In this document: positions 45,102 to 54,656 of the stretch, one piece after another
How positions within the stretch are numbered: the first letter of the stretch is position 1
Layout: each line of letters opens with the position of its first letter
Assembly: GCA_020161395.1 (NCBI GenBank)
Contig: JAIUOE010000014.1
Location: 18,746-82,745 of the forward strand
Source: Bacteroidota bacterium
GTDB taxonomy: Bacteria; Bacteroidota; Ignavibacteria; Ignavibacteriales; Ignavibacteriaceae
Reading direction: 5' to 3'
Length of the DNA: 64,000 bases
The notes under the pieces: generated by a model
What the model was told of the DNA's origin: nothing
What the model saw: the letters and a program-made list of their open reading frames with translations, nothing else
Database searches by the model: none
Made by a program: the position numbers and the translations under genes

Positions 45102-46529
45102 TTAAAATTTCGAGATCAGGTTTATTACCGAACCCGGCAAAATTCCCATCAATGCAATCAGGATTGCTGACACTATTATACCGGTCATTGCGGGATTCGA
45201 GTTAACAATCTCAAGTTTTGATTCATCTTTACTGAAGTACATCACGACTACGAGTCTCAAATAAAAATATACACTTATTACCGAAGAGATAATACCAACA
45301 ATCGCGAGCCATACAAGATTTGATTCGATAGCCGAGATAAACACATAGTATTTCCCGAAGAAACCCGCAAATGGAGGGATTCCTGAAAGAGCAAACATGA
45401 AGAGTGCAAGGAGACCGGCAAGAAGCGGGTATTTGGTACCCAAACCGGCATAGTCACTAATCTGAAGATTCTTCTCCTCTTTATCCTCGATCATAGAGAT
45501 GATTCCGAATGCACCAAGATTCATAAAGGAGTAGGCTGCCAGATAGTAGATCAGTCCGTCAATCCCTCTGTCGTTACCGGCTGCAAGACCTATCAGCATA
45601 TAACCCGCATGTGCAATTGAGGAATAAGCCAGCATTCTCTTGATATCGGTCTGCAGAATGGCTGTTATACTTCCGTAAAGCATCGAAAGGGTAGCAAAAA
45701 ACGCAATCATCGGTGTGAGTACTTCACTCGCTCTCTCTTTGGCAAATGCGGGTGAAACGACGAGAATAAGTGCTGCAAAAGCTGCAGTTTTACCACCTGT
45801 CGACATGATTGCCGTGGTTGCTGTCGGTGCTCCCTGATACACATCGGGAACCCACATGTGAAAAGGAACCGCCGCGATTTTGAAAGCAAAACCAATAAAG
45901 AAAAGGGTGAGTCCGATGATTCCAATTATATTAGTTTTGTCAAATGTAAATGACTGGAACAAAAGCGCAATGTTCAGTGTATGCGACGAGCCGTAAAGGA
46001 GTCCCAGACCGTAAACAATAAACCCTGTTGCGAAGGAGCCGAGAAGAAAATACTTCAAAGCAGCTTCGTTCGAAAAAGGTCTTTTACGCGCAAATCCGGC
46101 AAGAATGTAGAAACAAAGAGACATTTGCTCGAGACCAATGAAAATCATCACCAGATCACGGGCACTGGCTATCATCATCATTCCCAATACCGCCGATTGC
46201 AGAAGTATGTAAAACTCTCCATGATAAATTCCGGTTTTACGGAGATAGTCCACAGAAAGGAGAGTGACTATTGCTGCACCAAAATTGAAAATGAAGTAGA
46301 AAATGTTGACCTGTCCACCTGTTGCCAGCATTCCGTTAAAGAATATTCCCTGATCACCGACAGACAAGAGCGATTGGTAAGACACCACAAGAAAACTGAC
46401 CACAGTCAGCCATGGGATTATCTTTTCCGCACTCTTGACATACATCTCGATCACGAGGGAAATTAAAATAATCGATGCCAGAATTACCAGCGGGAGATAG
46501 CTATATATGTCTGTTATGTTAAAATCCAT
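45102..46529 (-). CDS. nuoN: NADH-quinone oxidoreductase subunit N
   Basis: 14-TM antiporter-like subunit with FHMWVPDVYQGAPT and MLAYSSIAHAGYML motifs. Confidence 0.9.
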   Translation of the reverse strand: MDFNITDIYSYLPLVILASIILISLVIEMYVKSAEKIIPWLTVVSFLVVSYQSLLSVGDQGIFFNGMLATGGQVNIFYFIFNFGAAIVTLLSVDYLRKTGIYHGEFYILLQSAVLGMMMIASARDLVMIFIGLEQMSLCFYILAGFARKRPFSNEAALKYFLLGSFATGFIVYGLGLLYGSSHTLNIALLFQSFTFDKTNIIGIIGLTLFFIGFAFKIAAVPFHMWVPDVYQGAPTATTAIMSTGGKTAAFAALILVVSPAFAKERASEVLTPMIAFFATLSMLYGSITAILQTDIKRMLAYSSIAHAGYMLIGLAAGNDRGIDGLIYYLAAYSFMNLGAFGIISMIEDKEEKNLQISDYAGLGTKYPLLAGLLALFMFALSGIPPFAGFFGKYYVFISAIESNLVWLAIVGIISSVISVYFYLRLVVVMYFSKDESKLEIVNSNPAMTGIIVSAILIALMGILPGSVINLISKF

Positions 46530-46531
46530 AC

Positions 46532-46894
46532 CTACTCAATAAATAAAATGTCATGTTCAGTTTCTTCAATTGTTGCCACATGCGAGTCAGTTCTGTAGAC
46601 TGCCAGTTTCATGTGTTTAGTAATATCAAATATGTCGTCCTCTTTTTCAACGACGACGATTTTTATATTATCATACTTCGATAAAGTGTCACGAAGAGAG
46701 TTGTATTCCAGAAAGTAAAGGCTGGTATATAGATCTTCCTCTACAATGTTAATCCCTCTTGAACTGGGTGAAAAATCAGTAATTATATCTTTTTCGACCA
46801 CGACCTTAAGAAATCTTCCCTTGAAAGGGAGAATCAGTCTGTTACCGTAGAGATAACCGGTCTTCTTTTCAGCAAGGCAACTCTTTATTGTCAT
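46532..46894 (-). CDS. hypothetical soluble 120-aa protein encoded inside the nuo operon
   Basis: Uninterrupted ORF with 2-3 nt gaps to both neighbours. No TM segment and no recognised motif. Confidence 0.5.
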   Translation of the reverse strand: MTIKSCLAEKKTGYLYGNRLILPFKGRFLKVVVEKDIITDFSPSSRGINIVEEDLYTSLYFLEYNSLRDTLSKYDNIKIVVVEKEDDIFDITKHMKLAVYRTDSHVATIEETEHDILFIE

Positions 46895-46897
46895 TGA

Positions 46898-48361
46898 CTA
46901 ACCTCTGAAAAATATGAACCATATTATTGCATAAACGGGCAATAAAACGGGCAGTGAATACTTAATTATATACTCAATAAAACTTGGAACCCTGACACCG
47001 GCTCTTTCTGAAATCGACTTAACCATAAAATTGGGTCCATTTCCAATATATGTCATGGCACCGAAGAAAACTGCACCAACCGAAATTGCGGTCAGGTATT
47101 GTACCGCATCGGGATTCTGCAGGAAAAGCTGAGTTTGTGCAGCTCCGCCGTTCAAATCATAACCAAATTTCCCCATGGCAGCACTCATAAAGTTCAGATA
47201 GGTCGGGGCATTATCCAAAAAGGATGAAAGAGCACCGGATGCCCAATAAAAGAGTGAACTTGTGAATACATCGCTGTTTTCACGGGCCATGTCAGCTATC
47301 AGTCTCAGTGCCGGAACCATCGTAAAGAAGATTCCCACGAACAAATACGCCACTTCTTTAATAGGCGCAAAATCAAATTCATTTGCCTTTAGTATCTTTT
47401 CATCAGCAGTTTTGTAAGCGGCAAACACCACACTGAACATTATGATTTCCCTGATTCCAACGGGTAACGGATCAAGTGAAGGTACCCATGACAAGACAGC
47501 CGGATCAAGGAAAACCGATAAAATGATTATCGCCAGATAGCCAAGGTTTTTCAGCCCCTTCAATTCGATCTTCCCACTGTAAGTTGTTTCATCATTTGCT
47601 CCGGCTTTATTAGCCCTGTCGAGCAAAAAGAAGATGGAAAGAATCATGAAAATCGCCAAAATCCAAATCAGCCAAACCTGCTCTATCACCCAGAAAAAAG
47701 GAACTCCTTTAAGGAATCCGAGAAACAGTGGCGGATCTCCGATCGGAGTAAGAGCACCACCCGCATTGCTTATCACAAAAATAAAAAATATGATGTGGTA
47801 CGGCTTTATTCTTCCTTTGTTCATTCTCATAAATGGACGAATCAGAAGCATGGACGCACCGGTTGTTCCAATCACATTAGCGATTACTGCTCCAAAAAGC
47901 AGAAAAAGCGTATTTGCAAGAGGTGTGGCTTTTTTGTCCACTTTTATCAGAATGCCACCACTCGCAACGAACAAAGAACTCAGCAGGGCGATGAATGACA
48001 GGTATTCAACAAGTGTATGCTTAAGACTCGTAAAATCATTCAGTATCGCTGCGTAATAAACAGCAACTATCAGACCCAAAAAGATGGCTACCTTGTGATA
48101 GTTGTGCTCCCAAAAATGTTGAAAAAACAAAGGGGCAATGGCTATCAGCAACAAAAGCAGAATGAAAGGGATTACCAGATACGGACTTGGTGAAGAACCG
48201 TGATGCGCACCGGTCTCTGTTGTCTTTGCTTTATCAGTATGAGAAAGAACAGTTTCCTGTTTTGTTTTATCTGTTGAATCTTTCGATTCACTTCTTATTT
48301 CGCTGTTAAATAATATGAACAGTGTAAAAAAGGCTGCGAAAAAAAGTGCTGCGTGCCTCAT
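46898..48361 (-). CDS. NhaD/ArsB-superfamily ion transporter (putative Na+/H+ antiporter) encoded inside the nuo operon
   Basis: Polytopic membrane protein. The GASMLLIRPFMRMN...ISNAGGALTPIGDPPLFLGFLKGVPFFW block is typical of NhaD-like 'sodium:proton antiporter' proteins. It starts 3 nt after the nuoM stop. Confidence 0.7.
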   Translation of the reverse strand: MRHAALFFAAFFTLFILFNSEIRSESKDSTDKTKQETVLSHTDKAKTTETGAHHGSSPSPYLVIPFILLLLLIAIAPLFFQHFWEHNYHKVAIFLGLIVAVYYAAILNDFTSLKHTLVEYLSFIALLSSLFVASGGILIKVDKKATPLANTLFLLFGAVIANVIGTTGASMLLIRPFMRMNKGRIKPYHIIFFIFVISNAGGALTPIGDPPLFLGFLKGVPFFWVIEQVWLIWILAIFMILSIFFLLDRANKAGANDETTYSGKIELKGLKNLGYLAIIILSVFLDPAVLSWVPSLDPLPVGIREIIMFSVVFAAYKTADEKILKANEFDFAPIKEVAYLFVGIFFTMVPALRLIADMARENSDVFTSSLFYWASGALSSFLDNAPTYLNFMSAAMGKFGYDLNGGAAQTQLFLQNPDAVQYLTAISVGAVFFGAMTYIGNGPNFMVKSISERAGVRVPSFIEYIIKYSLPVLLPVYAIIWFIFFRG

Positions 48362-48364
48362 ATT

Positions 48365-49867
48365 TTATTTTGCCAGGGCGTTCATCACCGTATTTACAAT
48401 ATTTGATGAAAACGCTTCGGATAACCTCAAGAAAGTTGAAGGATAAATTCCTATCCAAACAATGAATAGCAGTAATGGCGCGAGAGTAATTAACTCCCGG
48501 GTATTCAGATCAGTAAGTGAATTCATTTTTTCATTCTTTACTGTCTCCAAACAAACTCTCTGATACATCCAGAGGAGATAAACAGCAGCAAAGATAACAC
48601 CCGATGCCGCTATTATTGAAAAATAAGGACTGACAAGGAGTGGTGACTTGAATGAACCCACCAATATCAGGAATTCACCAACAAATCCGTTTAATCCCGG
48701 AACACCTATTGATGAAAGAGACACAATCAAAAGAATTGTGGCATAAACGGGCACTATTTTCGCAATTCCGCCGTAATCAGCTATCTCACGGGTGTGAGTT
48801 CTTTCGTAGATATAACCCACTAAAAGGAAGAGTGCCCCTGTTGAAAGACCGTGATTGACCATCTGTATTATCGCTCCCTGCATCGACTCAATGGTCAATC
48901 CAAAAATACCCAGAACTACAAATCCAAGGTGGGATACTGATGAATAGGCAACAAGCTTTTTCATATCCTTTTGCACCATCGCCACAAGTGCACCATAAAT
49001 TATGCCGATAACAGCCAGTGTGGTAATGTAAGGGGCAAAAACTTTTACCGCATCAGGAAACAACGGTAAATTAAATCTTATTAGACCATATGTACCCATC
49101 TTCAGCAGTACACCGGCAAGTATTACCGAGCCTGCGGTCGGAGCCTCGACATGCGCATCCGGCAGCCAGGTGTGAAGTGGAAACAACGGGACTTTTATGG
49201 CGAAACTAAGAGCAAAAGCGGCAAACAACAGATTTTGCTTAGAAGGATCGATTGCAGGTCCTTGTTTGTAGAGTTCGATAAGGTCAGTAGTAAACGCGGT
49301 TCCCGAATTTGCAAGCCAGATTATGGCAACGAGCATCACAAGAGAACCTGCCATAGTGTAGATAAAAAATTTCACAGAAGCGTAGATTCTGTTTTTGCCG
49401 CCCCATATACCGATTATGAAGTACATCGGAATGAGCATCGCTTCCCAGAAAATGTAGAAAAGGAAAAGATCGAGCGACATGAAAACGCCAAGCATTCCCG
49501 CTTCGAGCATCAGCATGAAGAAAGTAAATTCCTTTACTTTTACATCAATACTCGACCATGTGGAGAGAAGTGCCAGAGGTGTCATAAATGTTGTAAGGAG
49601 AACGAGCAGGAGAGACATTCCGTCCAGACCTACATGGTAATAAATTCCGAGTCCCTTTACCCACTCATATTTTTCTGCAAACTGGAAATTTACACTTTCG
49701 GCATTGAAATTAAAATATGTGAATAATGAGACAACAAAAATCACGAGCGAAATCACAAGCCCTGTTATCCTGGTCAACCTCAAATTTTCTTTGGGTAACA
49801 TCAGGACCAGCATCGAGCCGGCAATGGGAAGAAGTAAAAGAAGACTCAATATATAACTTTTATCCAT
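48365..49867 (-). CDS. nuoM: NADH-quinone oxidoreductase subunit M
   Basis: LFPLHTWLPDAHVEAPTAGSVILAGVLLKMGTYG motif. Confidence 0.9.
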   Translation of the reverse strand: MDKSYILSLLLLLPIAGSMLVLMLPKENLRLTRITGLVISLVIFVVSLFTYFNFNAESVNFQFAEKYEWVKGLGIYYHVGLDGMSLLLVLLTTFMTPLALLSTWSSIDVKVKEFTFFMLMLEAGMLGVFMSLDLFLFYIFWEAMLIPMYFIIGIWGGKNRIYASVKFFIYTMAGSLVMLVAIIWLANSGTAFTTDLIELYKQGPAIDPSKQNLLFAAFALSFAIKVPLFPLHTWLPDAHVEAPTAGSVILAGVLLKMGTYGLIRFNLPLFPDAVKVFAPYITTLAVIGIIYGALVAMVQKDMKKLVAYSSVSHLGFVVLGIFGLTIESMQGAIIQMVNHGLSTGALFLLVGYIYERTHTREIADYGGIAKIVPVYATILLIVSLSSIGVPGLNGFVGEFLILVGSFKSPLLVSPYFSIIAASGVIFAAVYLLWMYQRVCLETVKNEKMNSLTDLNTRELITLAPLLLFIVWIGIYPSTFLRLSEAFSSNIVNTVMNALAK

Positions 49868-51807
49868 CAGAAACTCAATATTATCCAGAATAATGTACCT
49901 GTTATTGCTATCATCATTATGACAGCATAAAACTGTGTCACGCCGGTTTGAAACTTTCGTGCATAACCTGATGCAAAATCAATAACTTTCGCTGTGCCGT
50001 TTACGGCTCCATCAATTATTTTGGCATCAGTAAACTTAAACAAAACGGAATCAGAGAGCTTCACTAACGGTGTGATGATAACTTTCTGATAAAACTCATC
50101 TACGAAATATTTGTTTAGCAGAGTTTTATAAACTCCTTTGAAAGATTCGGATATACTTGTGGCAATTTCCGGTTTTCTCAAATAGATATGTCTTGCGAGC
50201 ATTATTGAGGCAACTGCTCCAACTACAGAAGTTGCCATCAGAAGATATTCCTCAAGATGAGAATGAATGTTACCGGTCGAGAGTTTGCGTGTTGCATCCT
50301 TGAAAATTGGTGCCAACCACACTTCAAACAGATTGCCATGTTCCCCAACAAATACTTTCGGAAGTCCGATAAATCCGCCAATTACTGACAAAACAGCCAA
50401 AACAATCAGAGGAATCACCATAATATTCGGGGATTCGTGGGGATGTACACGATGGTGGTCGAATCTCTCTTTCCCCTCAAAAGTAAGAGAAAGAAGTCTG
50501 AACATGTAAAATGCAGTCATTAAGGCAGTAATTGCTCCAATTATCCAGAAAAACAATCCACCATTCGCATAAGCCATCCAGAGTATTTCATCTTTCGAGA
50601 AAAAGCCGGAAAGAGGGGGAATTCCTGAAATTGCCACAGCCGCAATCGCAAAAGTGAGATATGTTTTTGGCATATACTTTTTTAAGCCGCCGTAGTTTCT
50701 GATATCCTGTTCCTCGTGCATGCCATGTATTACTGAACCCGCACCAAGGAATAAAAGTGCTTTGAAGAAAGCGTGTGTCATTACATGAAAGATACCTGCG
50801 GAGAAGGCTCCCATTCCGAGAGCAAGAAACATGTAACCCAACTGACTCACAGTGGAATACGCCAGAACTTTCTTTATGTCATTCTGAACCAGTCCGATTG
50901 TGGCTGCAAAAAGAGCTGTGAACAATCCGATTATTGCTACCACCATCATTGCAGTCGGTGCCATCGCAAAAATTACTGATGTTCGGGCAACGAGATAAAC
51001 ACCCGCAGTAACCATCGTTGCAGCATGGATAAGGGCAGATACAGGGGTCGGACCTGCCATCGCATCAGGCAACCATACAAAAAGAGGAATCTGTGCCGAT
51101 TTTCCGGTGGCTCCGATGAAGAGGAATATTGCAATTGCCTCAAATATCCAGGGTTCTATCCCCGATCCGGCAACAAGTGGCAATACTTCGCTAAAATTTA
51201 AACTTTTGAAGTAGTAGAAAACAAAAAACATTGCAACGAGAAAACCGAAATCACCGATTCTGTTAACTACAAATGCCTTTTTGGAGGCATCAGCTACAGT
51301 TCCTTTTTCAAATTTTCTGTCGTAATAAAAACCGATGAGCAGGTATGAACATAATCCCACCCCTTCCCAACCGAGGAACAGAAGAACAAAATTGTCGGCG
51401 AGCACCAGATTCATCATAGCAACGATGAAGAGGTTCATGTAGGCAAAAAACCGCCAAAAACCTTTATCTCCATGCATGTACCCGATTGAGTAAACATGGA
51501 TAATAAATCCAACACCTGTGACAATTAGCGACATGGTGAGAGATAACTGGTCGACCTGATAGCTGAATGCAGCATCAATACCGCCTGCTTTTATCCAGGT
51601 AAACCATTTTATTATCCGGCTCCGCTGATCAGCAGGTAATCCGAGGGTTTCGAAAAAAGAGAAAACTACGACCAGGAATGCGAGACCAACCATGCCGGCA
51701 CCAATTCCGCCGACAATCTTCTCGTTTTTGATCAGTCTCCCAAACAGCCCGTTGATCAGAAATCCGATCAATGGGAAAAGCACTGCCAAGTAAATGTATT
51801 CTGTCAT
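49867..51807 (-). CDS. nuoL: NADH-quinone oxidoreductase subunit L
   Basis: WLPDAMAGPTPVSALIHAATMVTAGVYL motif. Length 646 aa with a C-terminal lateral-helix region. Confidence 0.9.
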   Translation of the reverse strand: MTEYIYLAVLFPLIGFLINGLFGRLIKNEKIVGGIGAGMVGLAFLVVVFSFFETLGLPADQRSRIIKWFTWIKAGGIDAAFSYQVDQLSLTMSLIVTGVGFIIHVYSIGYMHGDKGFWRFFAYMNLFIVAMMNLVLADNFVLLFLGWEGVGLCSYLLIGFYYDRKFEKGTVADASKKAFVVNRIGDFGFLVAMFFVFYYFKSLNFSEVLPLVAGSGIEPWIFEAIAIFLFIGATGKSAQIPLFVWLPDAMAGPTPVSALIHAATMVTAGVYLVARTSVIFAMAPTAMMVVAIIGLFTALFAATIGLVQNDIKKVLAYSTVSQLGYMFLALGMGAFSAGIFHVMTHAFFKALLFLGAGSVIHGMHEEQDIRNYGGLKKYMPKTYLTFAIAAVAISGIPPLSGFFSKDEILWMAYANGGLFFWIIGAITALMTAFYMFRLLSLTFEGKERFDHHRVHPHESPNIMVIPLIVLAVLSVIGGFIGLPKVFVGEHGNLFEVWLAPIFKDATRKLSTGNIHSHLEEYLLMATSVVGAVASIMLARHIYLRKPEIATSISESFKGVYKTLLNKYFVDEFYQKVIITPLVKLSDSVLFKFTDAKIIDGAVNGTAKVIDFASGYARKFQTGVTQFYAVIMMIAITGTLFWIILSF

Positions 51808-51829
51808 ATTTCGTGGGGTGTTTAGTAGA

Positions 51830-52132
51830 TTACCACTTTAAAATGTTAATTTCATCTATGTTAATTGTAACTTTATTCCTGAAAATGGCTATGATGATTG
51901 CCAGACCGATAGCTACTTCGGCTGCTGCGACTGCCATTACAAAAAAAACAAAAAGCTGCCCTATCACATCTCCAAAGAAAGATGAATATGCAACAAAGGT
52001 CAGGTTCGCTGAATTTAACATCAGCTCTATCGACATAAATACCACAATGGCATTCCGTCTGGTAAGTACACCGGCAACCCCGGTAACAAACATAAAAGCA
52101 CTTAAAATAAGGTAATATTCGAGTGGGATCAT
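51830..52132 (-). CDS. nuoK: NADH-quinone oxidoreductase subunit K
   Basis: 100 aa, 3 TM segments, [24 protein letters not shown]. Confidence 0.9.
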   Translation of the reverse strand: MIPLEYYLILSAFMFVTGVAGVLTRRNAIVVFMSIELMLNSANLTFVAYSSFFGDVIGQLFVFFVMAVAAAEVAIGLAIIIAIFRNKVTINIDEINILKW

Positions 52133-52140
52133 AACTGAAA

Positions 52141-52650
52141 CTAATCCAATTTCTTTTTAGATAATATCAATGCACCAATTGTAGCCGTAAGCAGTACAAA
52201 CGCAATCGCTTCGAACGGAAGAAGATAAGTTGTATACAATTCCTTTCCGATGTGTTCAATTGTACCAATTTCCACTCTGGTATTCTCGTCAACAACCTTA
52301 CCGGGTAATGTGAAAAAGATGGAATAAACCATCTGGGCGAACATCAAAAAAGCAATTACAATGGCGAGAAATTTCTGCTGGGGTCTCTCTTTGAAGTAAG
52401 ATTTCTCCTGTTCCGGTCTCAGGAGCATCAAAACGAACAGGAATAAAACCATGATCGCTCCGGCATATACTATTACCTGAACAACAGCTAAAAACTGGGC
52501 TCTGAGCAATAAATAGATTCCGGAGAGGGCTCCAAAATTAAGTACAAGAAATAGTGCGGAAATAACAGGATTTTTACGGGTTACCATCAAAACAGATGAT
52601 GCTACCGCTATTAGTGCAAAAAATCCAAACAATCCCTGTTCCAAGGTCAT
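52141..52650 (-). CDS. nuoJ: NADH-quinone oxidoreductase subunit J
   Basis: 169 aa, [26 protein letters not shown]. It is the first gene of the cluster. Upstream is a 188-bp intergenic region shared with divergent hrcA. Confidence 0.85.
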   Translation of the reverse strand: MTLEQGLFGFFALIAVASSVLMVTRKNPVISALFLVLNFGALSGIYLLLRAQFLAVVQVIVYAGAIMVLFLFVLMLLRPEQEKSYFKERPQQKFLAIVIAFLMFAQMVYSIFFTLPGKVVDENTRVEIGTIEHIGKELYTTYLLPFEAIAFVLLTATIGALILSKKKLD

Positions 52651-52838
52651 CGAAAACTTCCTGATTTGGTAGTTTAAAACTCAAAATTAATCAAATTCAA
52701 ATATAAGTTTTTAAGAGTACTTAATCAAAAAATTTAACGACCGGTGGGGAAAATTCAAAACATTTTTCGCCCCGTTTGAATTGCTTATATTTGCAGGTTA
52801 AATACTTTTAAATTTTTAAAACCGGAGTAACCTGAAAA

Positions 52839-53912
52839 ATGCAAGGATTTGAGCTTTCCGCAAGAGAGAAAAGCATCCTTCGGCATATTGTGAATCAGTT
52901 CATTCTTACAGCTTCACCTGTTGGCAGCCGTAACATATCCAAAAGGTATGATATCGGATTGTCACCTGCCACTGTACGGAACATCATGGCTGATCTTGAA
53001 GATTCAGGCTATATAAATCATCCGCACACATCCGCAGGAAGAGTCCCCACAGACAAGGGCTACAGGCTTTATGTCGATTCGCTGATGGATGTACCCAGTC
53101 TCGATGATACAACCCGTAATTCAATCACTTCAGAGATTAGAAAAAATCTTGTAAACAGTGAAGATATTTATAACATCGCATCAAAGATTCTCGGCAGAAT
53201 TACAGACCAGCTTGCATGTGTTATCTATCCGAAAATAGAAACCGGTGTCCTGAGTCGAATTCAGCTTGTCTATCTTGCTTCGAACAAAATTCTCGTAGTT
53301 ATCAGCATCGTTTCCGGGCTCGTGAAAACAATTACCCTGGAACTGACCACAAACATCGAAGAGAAACAAATTGAGGATGTGCAGCGTCTTTTAAACGAAA
53401 AACTCGCCGGATTAAGGCTAAAAGACATTAAGACATCGCTGGCAGAAAGGTTGAAAGACTCTGAGATACTCGGTAATCCGATAATTTCACTTCTGTATGA
53501 TTCTGCTGACAAAATATTTAATGATTTCAAGACGGATGATAAAGTGATGATTTCCGGTGCCAGAAATCTGTTGAAACATCCCGAGTTTGAGGATCCGATC
53601 AAGTTTGAGAATATCGTCGAATTGATGGAAGAGAAGGATATAATTATCCATATTTTCGAAAACAGCTCAGGTATTTTCCTCGAAAGAGCCAGTTCGATTA
53701 GTGGCGTAAATATCATGATCGGAAGGGAACTTCCATATAATCAGACTGAAGACTACAGTATTGTGATGAAGGAATATAAAGTCGGCGAAAATACAGGCGC
53801 TATGGGCATTATTGGCCCAAAAAGAATGGATTATGCCAGAATCATCGCAATAGTCGATTTTACCGCCGGTCTCCTGACTGAACTTCTTTCAGGGAACCAA
53901 AACAATATATAA
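52839..53912 (+). CDS. hrcA: heat-inducible transcription repressor HrcA
   Basis: LSAREKSILRHIVNQFILTASPVGSRNISKRY...ATVRNIMADLEDSGYINHPHTSAGRVPTDKGYRLYVD. Confidence 0.9.
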   Translation: MQGFELSAREKSILRHIVNQFILTASPVGSRNISKRYDIGLSPATVRNIMADLEDSGYINHPHTSAGRVPTDKGYRLYVDSLMDVPSLDDTTRNSITSEIRKNLVNSEDIYNIASKILGRITDQLACVIYPKIETGVLSRIQLVYLASNKILVVISIVSGLVKTITLELTTNIEEKQIEDVQRLLNEKLAGLRLKDIKTSLAERLKDSEILGNPIISLLYDSADKIFNDFKTDDKVMISGARNLLKHPEFEDPIKFENIVELMEEKDIIIHIFENSSGIFLERASSISGVNIMIGRELPYNQTEDYSIVMKEYKVGENTGAMGIIGPKRMDYARIIAIVDFTAGLLTELLSGNQNNI

Positions 53913-53978
53913 AATATTTATAAATGTTATTAAGTTTTATAAATCTCAAATTTTTAAGCTTTACAAGGAGAAATTATC

Positions 53979-54653
53979 ATGGCATTTGGAAAGAAAAAAG
54001 AAAATAAAGAAAAAATGAACCAGACAGAAAACCAGGAAAATGAAAATTTAGAGCTACAGAATGAATCCAGCTCAACAAACGATAACGATTCAGCGGGTTC
54101 CTTGACAGAGGCAGGTATTATCAATGAACTCGTGGAGCAAATAAACAATCTCAATGCAGAAATCGAAAAGCAAAAATCCGAAATCGACAATTTGAGAGAT
54201 ATTCTTCAAAGAAGAGTTGCCGAAATTGACAACATTAAACGCCGTCACCGTGAAGAATCAGCCAAAACCTGGACTGATGCAGAGGGAAATCTTATTTCAG
54301 CGCTACTTCCTGTCATTGATAACTTCGACCGTGCAGCAGAGTTCGCACCAAAAACCGAAGACAAAGAGAAGGTAATACAAGGTTTCATTCTTATTCATGA
54401 TTCCCTTGCAAAAATGCTTGAACAAAAAGGTTTGAAACAGATCCCTGCGAAAGGTCAGCCTTTCGACTATAACCTTCACAATGCCATCGGCAGATATGCC
54501 AACAGCGAAGTTGAACCCGATACTGTTCTCGAAGTTGTTACCCCGGGTTACATGTATAAAGATACTATTCTGCGTCACAGCGATGTAATTATCAGTGAAA
54601 TGCCGGAGGCTCCGACAGATGACTCAACTAAATCAGAGGAAGAAGAAAAGTAA
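53979..54653 (+). CDS. grpE: nucleotide exchange factor GrpE
   Basis: Coiled-coil N-terminal part, LQRRVAEIDNIKRR, LLPVIDNFDRA, and a C-terminal beta domain. Confidence 0.9.
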   Translation: MAFGKKKENKEKMNQTENQENENLELQNESSSTNDNDSAGSLTEAGIINELVEQINNLNAEIEKQKSEIDNLRDILQRRVAEIDNIKRRHREESAKTWTDAEGNLISALLPVIDNFDRAAEFAPKTEDKEKVIQGFILIHDSLAKMLEQKGLKQIPAKGQPFDYNLHNAIGRYANSEVEPDTVLEVVTPGYMYKDTILRHSDVIISEMPEAPTDDSTKSEEEEK

Positions 54654-54656
54654 GAT

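Noticed and set aside
46532-46894. The 120-aa ORF inside the nuo operon as the pterin-4a-carbinolamine dehydratase homologue recalled from the Rhodothermus nqo cluster.
   Set aside because: The sequence lacks the HHP core motif of that family and shows no similarity I can recognise. I kept it as hypothetical.
52651-52838. I expected a CIRCE operator (TTAGCACTC-N9-GAGTGCTAA) upstream of hrcA. I also noted a Bacteroidota-style TAnnTTTG -7 box (TATATTTG at 52786-52793).
   Set aside because: The closest half-site matches (TTAAAACTC at ~52675; GAGTACTTAA at ~52716) are about 30 nt apart, not 9, and neither has a proper partner. The TATATTTG box has no convincing -33 TTG at the right distance. Neither is reported as a feature.
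52651-52838. The strand switch at the nuoJ/hrcA divergent region as a possible replication origin.
   Set aside because: The spacer has no DnaA boxes (TTATCCACA / TGTGGATAA), and no dnaA or dnaN lies nearby. The region is only 188 bp and is adequately explained as two divergent promoters.
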